From Methanocaldococcus sp. 28A (GTDB lineage: Archaea; AGJL01; Methanococci; Methanococcales; Methanocaldococcaceae), in the NCBI GenBank assembly GCA_049852185.1, contig CP187540.1: a DNA stretch of 64,000 nt; one strand, given 5' to 3'. Below are positions 1-10,373 of this stretch, one piece after another. The notes beneath the pieces were generated by a model, which worked only from the letters and a program-made list of their open reading frames with translations, made no database searches and was not told where the DNA came from. Each line of letters opens with the position of its first letter. Position 1 is the stretch's first letter. Both the position numbers and the translations under genes were made by a program.

Positions 1-61
1 ATAAGATGTTTAATGTTTTTAAAAATTTTCTAACCTCTTTAATCATACCTTCCGCCTACTT

Positions 62-1045
62 TTATATTATTCTCTTAAAATAATCGATAGTTCTTTTTAA
101 CCCTTCTTCTAATTTAATCTTTGGCTCCCATCCAAGAATTTCTTTAGCCATTGTTATATCTGGCCTTCTTCTTACTGGGTCATCTTTAGGTAAAGGTTTA
201 AATACTATTTCACTTTTACTTTCAGGAATTAACTCTAAAATTTTATAGGCTAATTCTAAAATAGTATATTCTTCAGGATTTCCCATATTAAGAACTGGAA
301 TTGTATCCCAATTAAATTTTTTCTCTAAATCATTTTTTAACTTATTTTTATCTATTTCCATAAATTTTAATATTCCATTAATTAAGTCATCGACATATTG
401 AAAACTTCTTGTTTGAGTACCATTACCATACACTGTCAAAGGTTCATTTTTTAAGGCTTGTATAATAAAATTACTTATTACTCTCCCATCATTAGGATTC
501 ATATACGGACCATAAGTATTGAATATTCTTACAATTCTAATATCTAATCCAAAATTTTTCCAATACTCATAACAGTAAGTTTCAGCCACTCTTTTTCCTT
601 CATCATAACAGGCTCTTGGACCTATTGGGTTAACATTTCCCCAATAGCTTTCTTTTTGTGGATGTTCTAAAGGATTTCCGTAAACTTCAGAAGTTGATGC
701 ATGCAATACTTTAGCATTATGTTCATTGGCTAATTTTAATACATTTATTATTCCAAATATTGATGTATTTAGAGTAAATATGGGATCTTTTTGATAGTGT
801 ATTGGTGAAGCGGGACATGCTAAATTATATATTTCATCAATGTTCTCTTTAATATTTATTGGTTTAGATATATCATGTTTTATAAATTTAAAATTATCAT
901 AATCTAAAAATTGTTTTATATTTTTAAAGCTTCCAGTATAGTTATTATCAACACATATAACTTTATTGTTTTCATCTTCTACCAATTTTTTTATTAAATT
1001 CGTGCCGATAAAACCAGAACCTCCTGTTACCAATATCGTCTTCAT
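62..1045 (-). CDS. UDP-glucuronate decarboxylase (UDP-xylose synthase), extended SDR
   Basis: GGSGFIG Rossmann motif, NLACPASP, STSEVYG, CYDEGKR and RIFNTYGP are typical of the UXS family. Confidence 0.9.
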   Translation of the reverse strand: MKTILVTGGSGFIGTNLIKKLVEDENNKVICVDNNYTGSFKNIKQFLDYDNFKFIKHDISKPINIKENIDEIYNLACPASPIHYQKDPIFTLNTSIFGIINVLKLANEHNAKVLHASTSEVYGNPLEHPQKESYWGNVNPIGPRACYDEGKRVAETYCYEYWKNFGLDIRIVRIFNTYGPYMNPNDGRVISNFIIQALKNEPLTVYGNGTQTRSFQYVDDLINGILKFMEIDKNKLKNDLEKKFNWDTIPVLNMGNPEEYTILELAYKILELIPESKSEIVFKPLPKDDPVRRRPDITMAKEILGWEPKIKLEEGLKRTIDYFKRII

Positions 1046-2391
1046 CTACCCACCCCATAATATTCAAATCCTAATTTTTTAATTTTTTCATGGTCTAATA
1101 TATTTCTACCATCAAAAATTACTTTTCTTCTGACTAAATCAGCTATTTTTTCCCAGTTTTCATTATTTAGTTTATCATATTCAACAGTTATTATAATCCC
1201 ATCGACATTTTTAACAGTTTCATATAAATCATCTAAGATATATATATTATAACCGTAAAATGCCTTTGATTTATTGAATTTGTATAAGTTTGTAGCATTT
1301 TCTCTTGCTTTTTTCACATAATCAAAGCCTTTAACGATAGCTCCATTTTCTAACAACATATCTATTAATTTTATAGCCCTACTTTCTCTTAAATCATCAG
1401 TGTTTGGCTTAAATGCTAAACCTAAAACAGCAAAGGTTTTTCCATGTAGATTTCCATAATAATTCTTTATTTTTTCAAAGAACCATTCTATTTGCTTTTC
1501 ATTAACTATATCCGTGGCTTTAATTAATATTGGTTCTATATTGTTTTTTTCAAACTGTTTTATTAATGCTTTAACATCTTTTGGAAAACAGCTTCCACCA
1601 TATCCGATTCCAGCATTTAAGAATTTATTTCCAATCCTTTGGTCTAATCCCATAGCATAGCTTATAGTTTTTATATCTGCACCTACTTTGTCAGCCAATT
1701 TTGCCAATTCATTTATAAATGATATTTTTGTTGCCAAAAATGCATTTGAGGCATATTTTATCAACTCTGCAGTTTCCCAATTGGTTATTATAAAAGGAAT
1801 TCCTTTCTCTTCAAAATATTTATAAACCTGTTTCATAATGTCTATTAGTTTTTTATTATTTAAATCTTCAAAACCTAAAACAATCCTTTCTGGATTAAAG
1901 AAATCATATACAGCTATTCCCTCTCTCAAAAATTCTGGATTTGAGACGACATCAACATTATAATCCTTTAAAAGTTTTTTAACTATTCTATTAGTTCCTA
2001 CAGGAACTGTTGATTTTATAACAATAACTTTATAATCATCTTTATTTATTGTTTCTTTTATTTTTTCTACAGCTGAGAATAAAAATCTCAAATCTGCATT
2101 TCCATCTTTGTCTTGTGGTGTCCCTACACATAAAAATATAACATCTGATTCTTTAATCGGCACATATGATGTTGTAAATACTAAATTTTTATTTACATGC
2201 TTTTTTAACAATTCTTCTAAACCCATTTCATATAAGGGATATTCTCCTTTATTCAAAGCTTTAACTTTTGTCTCATCAATATCTATTCCTATTACATTAA
2301 AACCCATCTCCGCTAGCCCTACTGCTTGAATTAAACCTACATATCCTGTTCCAATAACTGATATTTTTTTTATCTTATTCATATTTATCAC
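1042..2391 (-). CDS. ugd: UDP-glucose 6-dehydrogenase (intein-free)
   Basis: GTGYVG, NPEFLREG, catalytic GYGGSCFPKD, GLAFKPNTDDLRES. Confidence 0.9.
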   Translation of the reverse strand: MINMNKIKKISVIGTGYVGLIQAVGLAEMGFNVIGIDIDETKVKALNKGEYPLYEMGLEELLKKHVNKNLVFTTSYVPIKESDVIFLCVGTPQDKDGNADLRFLFSAVEKIKETINKDDYKVIVIKSTVPVGTNRIVKKLLKDYNVDVVSNPEFLREGIAVYDFFNPERIVLGFEDLNNKKLIDIMKQVYKYFEEKGIPFIITNWETAELIKYASNAFLATKISFINELAKLADKVGADIKTISYAMGLDQRIGNKFLNAGIGYGGSCFPKDVKALIKQFEKNNIEPILIKATDIVNEKQIEWFFEKIKNYYGNLHGKTFAVLGLAFKPNTDDLRESRAIKLIDMLLENGAIVKGFDYVKKARENATNLYKFNKSKAFYGYNIYILDDLYETVKNVDGIIITVEYDKLNNENWEKIADLVRRKVIFDGRNILDHEKIKKLGFEYYGVGR

Positions 2392-2469
2392 TATTATAAC
2401 TTTAGGATTATTTTTAATTTTTGGTATATCTATTGTCTCTCTTTCTATTAAAAAATTTTAAATTACCTT

Positions 2470-3190
2470 TTTATAGCGTTCCAAACTAAATAGCTTTCGG
2501 CTTTAAAATCTCTCTTTGTGAATTTAATTTGTTCTCTTTAACTAAATAAACATAAACAGCTTTTGGAATGTCATCAATACATAATTATCTTTAAATAATT
2601 TTAAAACGCTATTAATTTCAATAATTTCTCCTTCAATATTTACTTTTGGCTTTATGTAATCTAAATTTCTTAAAAAATCTTTTAGTTTCTCAACTTCATT
2701 CTTAAGATACCCATCTAAAACCTTTTTAATATCCTCATTCTTTATTTCTCCAACAATGTAAATTATATCTACTGATTTTCCACCAACATAACTATAAATT
2801 AGTTATTTCTCTTCATTAGATAGAAGTTTGTTTAATTTTTCTTTTACTAAGTGGTCAATAAACTTTAAAGCAGTTTCTTTATCAAAATCATCTACCAATA
2901 AATATTTACACCTCCCCTCCAACATCGCCCTTTACCACCTTCTCAAAAACTTCTTTAGAAAGTTCCAATAATTTACTCCTATCAACATCTTCCATCATAA
3001 ATAAAGAGCGAAATGCAGCAAGTTTATCGTATTCATCATTAAGAACAATTTCCCTTATGCCATCAAAACTTAAAATTTCTTTTAATTATCTCTTCTTTTA
3101 ATTCTCTACCAACTACAAGTTTCCTCTTAGCAAGCTCTTTTAAAAGGTCTTCTGTAGTCATTATGTATAGGTTTTTCATTCAGCTATTAT
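2470..3190 (-). pseudogene. Degraded Methanocaldococcus-type archaeal ATP-binding (ATPase_2-like) protein
   Basis: Manual minus-strand translation gives [27 protein letters not shown]...EEK*LIYSYVGGKSVDII with an in-frame stop and frameshifts; ends are approximate. Confidence 0.6.
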
Positions 3191-3271
3191 ACCACCATTA
3201 TAATGTTAGTTAATTTTATTGTTGTATAGTTTTCAAGTTTTAAAAATTTTCTCATTATAATTTTAGCACAT

Positions 3272-3580
3272 TTATAAGATTTCAATACCTTCATTTAAAA
3301 TTGTTGAGTAAAAGCTGCTATATTTTAATTTATTAAATTCATTCTCATTTTTTATTATAACATTTATTAAAATACCGTATTTAACCATAATATCAACGAC
3401 CAAATCTATAATATCGTCTAATTCAACATCTCCAATAATTAAAATGTCTATATCACTCTCTTCATTATAATCTCCTCTCGCATAAGAACCAAACAAAATA
3501 ACCTTTTTTATTTTATTTCCAAATTTCTTTTTTAAATTTTTTAAAAAATAGCTTAATGCTTTATCATGCATATTAATCAT
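3272..3580 (-). CDS. Minimal nucleotidyltransferase (MNT antitoxin-like)
   Basis: ILFGSYARGD...SDIDILII (GSx10DxD), about 100 aa, overlaps the upstream HEPN-containing gene. Confidence 0.85.
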   Translation of the reverse strand: MINMHDKALSYFLKNLKKKFGNKIKKVILFGSYARGDYNEESDIDILIIGDVELDDIIDLVVDIMVKYGILINVIIKNENEFNKLKYSSFYSTILNEGIEIL

Positions 3581-4473
3581 CTCTTCAAAAGCTTTTTTAT
3601 AGTATTTAAAAATTCTTCAGCATATTCAATAATTTCTTCAACATCTTCGTTCTTTGGGGAATAAAATACATCATAATCGGATAAAGTTCTTAATTCAAAG
3701 GCCTTTGATAAATATTTTCCATATTTTCTATCAATTAAATTTCCTTTAATAGCAACTTCTCCAAATTTACCAATAACACCACTGTGTTTTTTTGGATTAA
3801 TATTTTTTGATAACAACAACGCTCTTGCAGAATGGAACATACTATAATATGCTCTTGATATTGCATCTCTATATTTTTTGTTCTCAAAAAGTAGATATGC
3901 AGAAGATAATTCTTCCTCAGATAATTCAATCTCTTTATAAATTTCTAAAGTCTTGAAATCTTCTCTCTTTATAATCTCAACACAGTCATATAAACTTTTA
4001 GCAATAAAATCAGCTTCAGTTTTATCATTATTATAAAGAATCCTTATTGTTTTACATCCAACACTTTTCCCGCAAATTATATCGCTCTCAGAATCTCCAA
4101 TCATCCAACTCCTACTAAAGTCAATATTCCATTTTTCCCTGGCTTTTAAAAGCATACCATTTCTTGGTTTTCTGCAGTTACAAGTTCCCTCTAAGTGAGG
4201 GCAGTAAAATATATCATCAATCTCAGGCAACAATTTAAGCATATACTCATGGATAACTTTTAAATCCTCTTCAGTCATAACACCCTTAGCAATTCCCTGC
4301 TGATTAGTTACAACTATCAATATGTAACCCATTTTTTTAAATTCTATCAAAGCCTCTCTAACTTTTGGTAATAATTTAAATTCCTCTATTCTTTTAACAT
4401 AGTCCCCTATTAATCTTTTATTTATGACCCCATCTCTGTCTAAAAATATTGCCTTATACATAATTATCATCAT
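3577..4473 (-). CDS. gmhB: D,D-heptose-1,7-bisphosphate phosphatase GmhB fused to a C-terminal HEPN domain
   Basis: N-terminal HAD motifs FLDRDGVIN, TNQQG, CPH-x4-CNCRKP, MIGD; C-terminal ~125 aa carries AISRAYYSMFH, KHSG, RTLSDY. Confidence 0.8.
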   Translation of the reverse strand: MMIIMYKAIFLDRDGVINKRLIGDYVKRIEEFKLLPKVREALIEFKKMGYILIVVTNQQGIAKGVMTEEDLKVIHEYMLKLLPEIDDIFYCPHLEGTCNCRKPRNGMLLKAREKWNIDFSRSWMIGDSESDIICGKSVGCKTIRILYNNDKTEADFIAKSLYDCVEIIKREDFKTLEIYKEIELSEEELSSAYLLFENKKYRDAISRAYYSMFHSARALLLSKNINPKKHSGVIGKFGEVAIKGNLIDRKYGKYLSKAFELRTLSDYDVFYSPKNEDVEEIIEYAEEFLNTIKKLLKR

Positions 4474-4488
4474 AAAAATAATAATTTT

Positions 4489-5397
4489 TTAGCCAAATAA
4501 CTCATCCAAACTAACTGTTGCAGTTCCAACCTTTCCAACAACAATTGAACTTGCTTTATTTGCTAATTTAACTGCATCAATTAAATCATAACCTTTATCC
4601 AAAGCATAAGCCAAAACAGCAATAAATGTATCCCCAGCTCCAGATACATCATGAACTTCCTTAACTTTTGTAGGAATGTGGTAGATTTCTCCGTTAAGAG
4701 TTATTAACGTTGCTCCTTTTTCACTTCTTGTTATAACAAAGTTTGAATTAAATTCTTCAACCAACTCCAATCCCACTTTTTCCAATTCATCATCTTTGTT
4801 TTCTATCTCTCTTCCAATAATTTGAGAAGCTTCTTTTAGATTTGGTTTTATCAAATAGACATCTTTATAAAATTCCATGTTTTTAGGTTTAGGGTCTACT
4901 AAAATCTTACCTTTAAATTCTTTTTTAATTTTTTCCATAAGTTCCTTTGTAATTAAACCCTTTGCATAATCGGAAATTACCAATATATTTGATTTACTGT
5001 TGAGTTCTTTAATTTTATCTAAAATTTTGTTTGAAATTTCTTCATTTATTGGATAAATTTTTTCATAATCAACTCTAAGAAGTTGTTGATTATATCCAAT
5101 TGCAACAAATCTATGTTTCACTATCGTTGGTCTCCCATCTGATACAAAATAGTAATTAATACCATTTCTATTACATAATTTTTCAATACATTTTCCAAAT
5201 TCATCATTATTAGAAATACTTATTAAAAATACATCATGCTTTAAAGAGGCGATATTATTGGCTACGTTTCCAGCTCCACCAAGTGTATATTTTTCCTCAA
5301 CTACATTCAACACAGGAACAGGAGCTTCGGGGTTTATTCTCTCAACTTTTCCATAGGTGTATTTGTCAAGCATAACATCCCCTAAAACTATTATCAT
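4489..5397 (-). CDS. rfaE1: D-glycero-beta-D-manno-heptose-7-phosphate kinase (RfaE domain I, HldA)
   Basis: GDVMLDKY, RINPEAPVP, GGAGNVA, DVSGAGDT (PfkB family). Confidence 0.9.
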   Translation of the reverse strand: MIIVLGDVMLDKYTYGKVERINPEAPVPVLNVVEEKYTLGGAGNVANNIASLKHDVFLISISNNDEFGKCIEKLCNRNGINYYFVSDGRPTIVKHRFVAIGYNQQLLRVDYEKIYPINEEISNKILDKIKELNSKSNILVISDYAKGLITKELMEKIKKEFKGKILVDPKPKNMEFYKDVYLIKPNLKEASQIIGREIENKDDELEKVGLELVEEFNSNFVITRSEKGATLITLNGEIYHIPTKVKEVHDVSGAGDTFIAVLAYALDKGYDLIDAVKLANKASSIVVGKVGTATVSLDELFG

Positions 5398-5408
5398 GGT
5401 TTCCCTCT

Positions 5409-5900
5409 TTATTTATATTTATCTAAAACCCATTCTATTATATTTGTTGTTGAAAAGCCCTTAATAAGGGGGATTATTTTTATTTCCCCACCATAACTTT
5501 TAACAATCTCTGCCTCTGGCAAATCTTCCTCTTTATAATCCCCACCTTTTACATGGATATCTGGTTTAATGATTTTTATCAATTCTATAGGAGTTTCTTC
5601 ATCAAATGGCACAACAAAATCAACAGCCTTTAGATTATCTAAAACATAAGCTCTCGAGTAGAGAGGAATTATAGGTCTTTTATTTCCTTTTATTTTTTTT
5701 ACTGATTCATCTGAATTTATGCCGACAATTAAAACATCTCCCAATTTTTTTGCCTTATTTAAATACTCAACATGTCCTCTATGAATTATATCAAAACATC
5801 CATTGGTAAAAACTATCTTTAAATTTTGGCTCTTTAACTCTTTAATTATATTCTCTAATAGTTTTCTATCTTTAATTATCATAATATCTCCTATTTCCAA
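5409..5900 (-). CDS. rfaE2: Heptose-1-phosphate nucleotidylyltransferase (RfaE domain II, HldC)
   Basis: FTNGCFDIIHRGH, KGGDY, GFSTT; true start may be the later ATG (MIIKDR). Confidence 0.9.
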   Translation of the reverse strand: MEIGDIMIIKDRKLLENIIKELKSQNLKIVFTNGCFDIIHRGHVEYLNKAKKLGDVLIVGINSDESVKKIKGNKRPIIPLYSRAYVLDNLKAVDFVVPFDEETPIELIKIIKPDIHVKGGDYKEEDLPEAEIVKSYGGEIKIIPLIKGFSTTNIIEWVLDKYK

Positions 5901-5928
5901 AAATATTTGGTTTTTTATTTAAATTTAA

Positions 5929-6486
5929 CTACATAAATAACCTTTTTTCAACTTCTTCACAAATTACATGATAAATTGTTAAATGACATTCTTGTATCCT
6001 TGCTGTGTCATTAGAAGGAACTATTAATGCTAAATCAACAATGTCTTTTAGGTTACCACCACCTTTTCCTAATAAGCCAATAGTATAAATCTTCATTTCT
6101 TTTGCCTTATTAACAGCCCTTATAACGTTCTCAGAATTCCCACTCGTTGATATTCCAATTAAAACATCTCCTTTTTTTCCAAGAGCTTCAACTTGACGTT
6201 CAAAAATCTTTTTAAATCCATAGTCATTTCCAATTGCTGTTAAAATGGAAGTGTCTGTAGTTAAAGCAATTGCAGGCAATCCCTTTCTTTCCAACTTAAA
6301 CCTCCCCACAATCTCAGCGGCAAAGTGTTGAGCATCTGCCGCACTCCCCCCATTCCCACAAATTAAAATTTTATTACCATTTTTCAAAGCCTCTAATATA
6401 ATTTCAATTGCCTTCTTTAAATTTTCCTCATTTTCTTCGATAAATTTTATTTTTACATTTGCGCTTTCTTCAAAATACTTTTTCAT
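5929..6486 (-). CDS. gmhA: Phosphoheptose isomerase
   Basis: [28 protein letters not shown]. Confidence 0.95.
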   Translation of the reverse strand: MKKYFEESANVKIKFIEENEENLKKAIEIILEALKNGNKILICGNGGSAADAQHFAAEIVGRFKLERKGLPAIALTTDTSILTAIGNDYGFKKIFERQVEALGKKGDVLIGISTSGNSENVIRAVNKAKEMKIYTIGLLGKGGGNLKDIVDLALIVPSNDTARIQECHLTIYHVICEEVEKRLFM

Positions 6487-6622
6487 ATGGAATCACCTAA
6501 AGCATTTATTCATTAAAAGATAGTCATGTAATTCTCATTTATTACTTTAGTGTTATCCACGAACTAATCCAAAAAAAAGATTTCAAAAAAGACTATGATT
6601 TATGACTAAAAAATTCAAAATC

Positions 6623-7936
6623 CTATTGGAAATATAGTTGAGAAAATGTAGTTTTAATTAAATTTATTATTACTTTTATAAGTCCAATGACTTGTATATA
6701 TATTGGTTCTTTATTAACATTAATTTCTTTTTCTTCAATTGCATAGTAACCTGATTTATTTATTTTTATTACTATATTGTTTTCTTCATCAACTATGTAG
6801 GGAATACTTATCCACGATTTTAATTTATCATCATAATAGAGAACTTTTATTTCTTTGTTTTGAGGTTGTTCTATTTTAATCTTTAATATTAATGGAATGC
6901 TAAACTCTGCATCTTTTGGTGATATATAATAAGCTAACGTTACATTTGGAAGGGTAATTTCTCTAATTTGTATTTCTCCTTCTTTACTCACCCTTGTACC
7001 ATCATAAATTATCAATTTAGCATTTTTCCCAATATTCTTTATTATCGTCCCTTCTATTATGTTTTCTCTTTCTTTTAAATTATTAATATTCGTCACTGGT
7101 TTAGAATTGTTTGTTGTTTCTGTAATTTTATTTATTGTTAAACTGTTGTTTAAATTTTCTTTTTCTACTTTGTTTAAGTTAATATTGTTTTCTGATACAT
7201 CTTTATTTTCTATTTTTTCGTATTCTTTATTAGAAATTTCTGTACTACTATTATTAGAATTATTGTTTATTACATTGATATTTTGACTTTCTGTTTCTAG
7301 TTTAGTATTTGTCTGAGTTGTAGTATTTTCTACTTCTGGAGGAGATGGTAAATCACTTCTAATTAAAATATCCTTATAAATTCCACCAATATTTAAATGT
7401 ATAACCGTCCCAGCAGGAATGTTATTTACTTTATATGTATATCTGAAGTTACCATTTTCATCCGCCTTTATGGTTGTAGATGCAATGATTTTTAATTTTA
7501 CAGGTTTTGATTGGTTTTTAATTGTTCCCCCTATTTTTATATCGTAGGTTCCAACAGGAACATTTGACTGGGAAACTATTGCTACACCGTTTTTATCAGC
7601 TTTCGCACTTTTTGTAATCCATATCCCCATTTTTACAGAGACTGACAAATCATTAACATTTTCTCCTATAACCTTAAAGTTATTTGGTAATGTAGGAATC
7701 TCAACATTATTCATAATATATCCATAGTATGGAGGGGATATTATTGGAGTTACTTCAAACCATACTTTACATTTTATATCCTCATTTGGATTAGCTTTTC
7801 CTGTTAATGTTATTGTATCTCCTACTTTCGGATTTGAAGGGGTTATTTGAATATCTTTAACTTCTGCATAAATAGGATGAATTAAAAATCCAAAAATAAT
7901 AAACATGAAAAATAATATTTTTTTAATATTAATCAC
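6623..7936 (-). CDS. Secreted/surface protein with Asn/Thr/Ser-rich linker and C-terminal hydrophobic anchor
   Basis: Signal peptide ending IYA, beta-rich domains, low-complexity linker, hydrophobic C-terminus. Confidence 0.65.
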   Translation of the reverse strand: MINIKKILFFMFIIFGFLIHPIYAEVKDIQITPSNPKVGDTITLTGKANPNEDIKCKVWFEVTPIISPPYYGYIMNNVEIPTLPNNFKVIGENVNDLSVSVKMGIWITKSAKADKNGVAIVSQSNVPVGTYDIKIGGTIKNQSKPVKLKIIASTTIKADENGNFRYTYKVNNIPAGTVIHLNIGGIYKDILIRSDLPSPPEVENTTTQTNTKLETESQNINVINNNSNNSSTEISNKEYEKIENKDVSENNINLNKVEKENLNNSLTINKITETTNNSKPVTNINNLKERENIIEGTIIKNIGKNAKLIIYDGTRVSKEGEIQIREITLPNVTLAYYISPKDAEFSIPLILKIKIEQPQNKEIKVLYYDDKLKSWISIPYIVDEENNIVIKINKSGYYAIEEKEINVNKEPIYIQVIGLIKVIINLIKTTFSQLYFQ

Positions 7937-8007
7937 CCCTTATTAATTTTGAATTCTTAAAATATAAAAAATTTTAATAAAAAAGATAAAAGAAAGGTAT
8001 TTTATTT

Positions 8008-9972
8008 TTATTTAATTTCTTCAATTGCCACAATTTTTTTATCTTCTGTGTCATAGGCTATTCCTATAACATAGGCATTTGATACATTTTGTAGTGTTAA
8101 AGTAACTGTACTATTTGTTGTAATGTCACTGTATGTTGCTGATGCTGTTTCTGGGTTAAATATTGTCCCTATAATGTCATTTATTTTTGATGCATTTAAG
8201 GATATTATATGGTTATTGTCTACAATTGTTTCTTTATTGTTATCTCCAACTACTGATACATTGAATAGGTCATTATTTGGATTTGTTCCATCAACACATA
8301 CTTTTACTGTAGCATCCTTATTTATCATTACTAATCCATATCTTATTTTGTGTACAGGAGTTTCATTTATTGAGATTTTGTAAGTAATATCATTAGTTAT
8401 CTTATTTGTTCCATTGTATGTTAATGTCATGTTGTATTTTGCTACTAAGAATCCTCCTACTCCAAGGATTTTTACATAGGTATCATTTGGAACACCTTCT
8501 GTAACTATTACAGTCACTACACCAGTGTAATTATCTGTTGGTAATGTCCATGTAGTTTTACCATCAGATACTGTTTTGGTAGTATATTGGTTATTTTTAA
8601 TAAGTTCAATAAATTCACTAGCATTTCCATTGAGCATATTATTTATTGCTTCTCTAAGTTTTTGTCTATCGTTTATTACTGAAAGTGTTACTTCCTTACC
8701 GTTCATATCTGCATTGTTGTAAGTTATTGTAATGTTCTCTCCTTTATAAACTACAGCGTTGAAGTTGTTCATAGATTCTATTATTGATGCTACACTATCA
8801 TTATCTTTAAAGTATATTTCTACGCCTTTTTCAGTATCTTTTTTATTAACAACATTTACTTCTGCTTCTATAGTTGTTAAATTAATAGTTTTTGTCCCTT
8901 TAATTGATAAAGTATTTTTGTCTTGTCCTTCAAATTCTATAGTTTTTCCATTTGCTATGATTTTTATTGCTGGTTTTTCTTCTACTGGTTGTGTCACTGG
9001 CTGTGTTACTATTGCACCTCCTCCAGAGCCCCCTCCTCCAGAACTTATTGATGAGACCATTAAGGTAGATGGTATTCCAACTTTATTTGCGATATTATAT
9101 ATCATGTTTGAAATTGATGTACTATCACTTAAAACTAAAATTTCTGAAGCAAATGTAAGTTTTGAGACTATTTTATTTATGACATCTTCTTTTGATACTG
9201 GAATTGGAACTACTGCACTTACATAACCTTTAACATAATCTACTATTGCGTCTATTATAATATTTTTACTTTTTTCTCCATAAACTACTGCAACATCTTT
9301 ATTTTTAACATTTGGATTTATTTTTGGAACATAAGCCAATGCAGTTTTTATAACTGAATCGTCACTACCTGATGCAATTATAGTATATTTTGCATGTGTT
9401 GATACAGTGTTTATTATTATTTTTGGAATTTTGTTACCAAGAATTATTACATTTTCTGGAGTTGTAGTTTTTAATATATCTGCTACTTCGTTATCTTTAT
9501 TTAATCCATAGTATATTACAGGAGCTCCAAAGCTTACTGCCACAGGGATAATTTTTTCATTAAATCCTTCTGCAACTACTATATTCTTTGCCATTTCAGG
9601 TTTTTCTTTTTTGATTAATTCAAACATTTTTAGGGAAGTTTCAACTCTGGTTTCACCCCATACTCTTTCAACATTTATATTTAATTTTTTTATTTGGTTT
9701 TCAACTGTATTACTAACAGCAACTGGACCTCCAACAATTATTACTTTATTAATATTATTCCTTTCGAGCTCTATTTTTGCTTGATCTGACAACTCATTTG
9801 TTGGAGTATATATAAGCATATAACCCATAGCTTTTGCATAAGGTGCTGCAACAACTGCATCTGCTGGCGTTGATACAATTATAGCTACATTTTCACTTGA
9901 GGCAAAACTCATAGGTAATACTCCAAAAATAACCAGTATAGATAAAAGTATAGAATATATTTCTATTTTCAT
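8008..9972 (-). CDS. Secreted protein with cell-wall-binding repeat 2 (CW_binding_2)-like N-terminal region and a C-terminal extracellular domain
   Basis: Signal peptide; IIVGGPVAVS...VERVWGETRVETS matches the CWB2 pattern; SSGGGGSGGG and Pro/Thr linker. Confidence 0.7.
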   Translation of the reverse strand: MKIEIYSILLSILVIFGVLPMSFASSENVAIIVSTPADAVVAAPYAKAMGYMLIYTPTNELSDQAKIELERNNINKVIIVGGPVAVSNTVENQIKKLNINVERVWGETRVETSLKMFELIKKEKPEMAKNIVVAEGFNEKIIPVAVSFGAPVIYYGLNKDNEVADILKTTTPENVIILGNKIPKIIINTVSTHAKYTIIASGSDDSVIKTALAYVPKINPNVKNKDVAVVYGEKSKNIIIDAIVDYVKGYVSAVVPIPVSKEDVINKIVSKLTFASEILVLSDSTSISNMIYNIANKVGIPSTLMVSSISSGGGGSGGGAIVTQPVTQPVEEKPAIKIIANGKTIEFEGQDKNTLSIKGTKTINLTTIEAEVNVVNKKDTEKGVEIYFKDNDSVASIIESMNNFNAVVYKGENITITYNNADMNGKEVTLSVINDRQKLREAINNMLNGNASEFIELIKNNQYTTKTVSDGKTTWTLPTDNYTGVVTVIVTEGVPNDTYVKILGVGGFLVAKYNMTLTYNGTNKITNDITYKISINETPVHKIRYGLVMINKDATVKVCVDGTNPNNDLFNVSVVGDNNKETIVDNNHIISLNASKINDIIGTIFNPETASATYSDITTNSTVTLTLQNVSNAYVIGIAYDTEDKKIVAIEEIK

Positions 9973-10114
9973 AATCTCCTCCCCGATTATGTGATGTAAT
10001 TTAATTTACTTAAAGTATCAACAATAAATTATGCATTTAATAATATTTAAATTTTTTGTAGGTAATAAAGTTGGTGCGGAATCCCAAATATTATGTTTTT
10101 TCATAACCTCTCCT

Positions 10115-10354
10115 TTATTTAATTATATTGTAAATCTTATTTATCACAATAAATACAAAGATTCCCATTAATAAATAATTTATTGATTTTAAGATTTCCT
10201 TGCTTTTCTTATTTATAAAAAAATTTCCAATCTCCAAGCAGATTAGTGTTCCAATTAACAGTATAGTAAAGAAGATATCTACAGATGGAGAGAACAATGC
10301 ATCTAAAATAGCCCATAATGATAAGAATACTATTATTATATAATCTACTTTCAT
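10115..10354 (-). CDS. Small membrane protein (about 3 TM)
   Basis: Hydrophobic 79-aa ORF with an RBS-like GGGA upstream. Confidence 0.65.
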   Translation of the reverse strand: MKVDYIIIVFLSLWAILDALFSPSVDIFFTILLIGTLICLEIGNFFINKKSKEILKSINYLLMGIFVFIVINKIYNIIK

Positions 10355-10373
10355 TTTATCCCTTCAATTATTA

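Noticed and set aside
8759-9226. 155-aa plus-strand ORF and many similar antisense ORFs (e.g. 19580, 49169, 61008)
   Set aside because: They are shadows of well-supported genes on the opposite strand, with no recognisable motifs
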